A DNA stretch of 64,000 nt. Source: a bacterium. GTDB lineage: Bacteria > UBA8248. The notes beneath the pieces are model-generated. The model was not told the DNA's origin. It searched no databases and worked only from the letters and a program-made list of their open reading frames with translations. Numbering within the stretch: the first letter of the stretch is position 1; each line of letters begins with the position of its first letter. Made by a program: the position numbers and the translations under genes. The DNA is taken from contig CBDBZU010000004.1 in NCBI GenBank assembly GCA_965213625.1, positions 3,808,001 through 3,872,000 of the forward strand. Direction: 5' to 3'. Shown here piece after piece: positions 63,756 to 64,000 of the stretch.

Positions 63756-64000
63756 CTAACGTACCGTTACCGTAAAGCTTTGCGAAACACTGAGGCCACT
63801 TGGGTCCGTTACGCTTAAAGTGATGACCGCTGTCCCGGCGCTAACCGTATTCACAATCATGTAATGCAAACCAAGGTTCGAAGAATACCCGATACTGGCG
63901 CCGGCAACACTATCGTTGCTAGAAACTACGCCATAGGCCAACGAGTCAAGATCCGGATCCGTAAAATAGGTGTCAAGGCCTTCCAACCTCCATCGTTGCG
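63756..64000 (-). CDS. C-terminal cadherin/Ig-like domain of a surface protein starting beyond the right edge
   Basis: Frame open to the edge: QRWRLEGLDTYFTDPDLDSLAYGVVSSNDSVA...AGTAVITLSVTDPSGLSVSQSFTVTVR. Confidence 0.72.
   Translation of the reverse strand, partial: QRWRLEGLDTYFTDPDLDSLAYGVVSSNDSVAGASIGYSSNLGLHYMIVNTVSAGTAVITLSVTDPSGLSVSQSFTVTVR

Overview
Bacterial (Gram-negative) chromosomal window in three parts. (1) 1-23.9 kb is an accessory, catabolic and redox region. It holds a sulfatase (cut by the window edge) with a TctABC transporter and a formylglycine-generating enzyme, and an IS1182-family element nested in a palindromic repeat inside a MITE-like relic. It also holds an AraC-STAS fusion regulator, an unknown protein made of two 100-aa repeats, VOC and Tat-exported intradiol-dioxygenase-like genes, and a CCG Fe-S protein divergent from a TcuA-like flavoprotein. 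An OsmC-like gene is interrupted by an in-frame TGA followed by a SECIS-like hairpin (probable selenoprotein, split in two by the ORF track). The rest comprises two D-2-hydroxyacid dehydrogenases, an aquaporin with a TIP-like filter, an Fe3+/polyamine-class ABC transporter, an MFS and an amidohydrolase. (2) 23.9-61.9 kb is core housekeeping: dapA, a D,D-carboxypeptidase, LPS core and export genes, and a roughly 25 kb co-directional run HNH-uvrB-uvrC-lnt-prfB (programmed +1 frameshift)-lysS-lolE-lolD-clpC-bamA-skp-lpxD-fabZ-lpxA-gnnA-like-lpxI-lpxB-DUF374-waaA-lpxK. (3) From 62 kb onward there is an inverse-autotransporter-like gene with a Calx-beta-like tail and the 3' end of a cadherin/Ig-like surface protein. 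I found no rRNA, tRNA or CRISPR array. All calls come from motifs recognised by eye; no database search was run.
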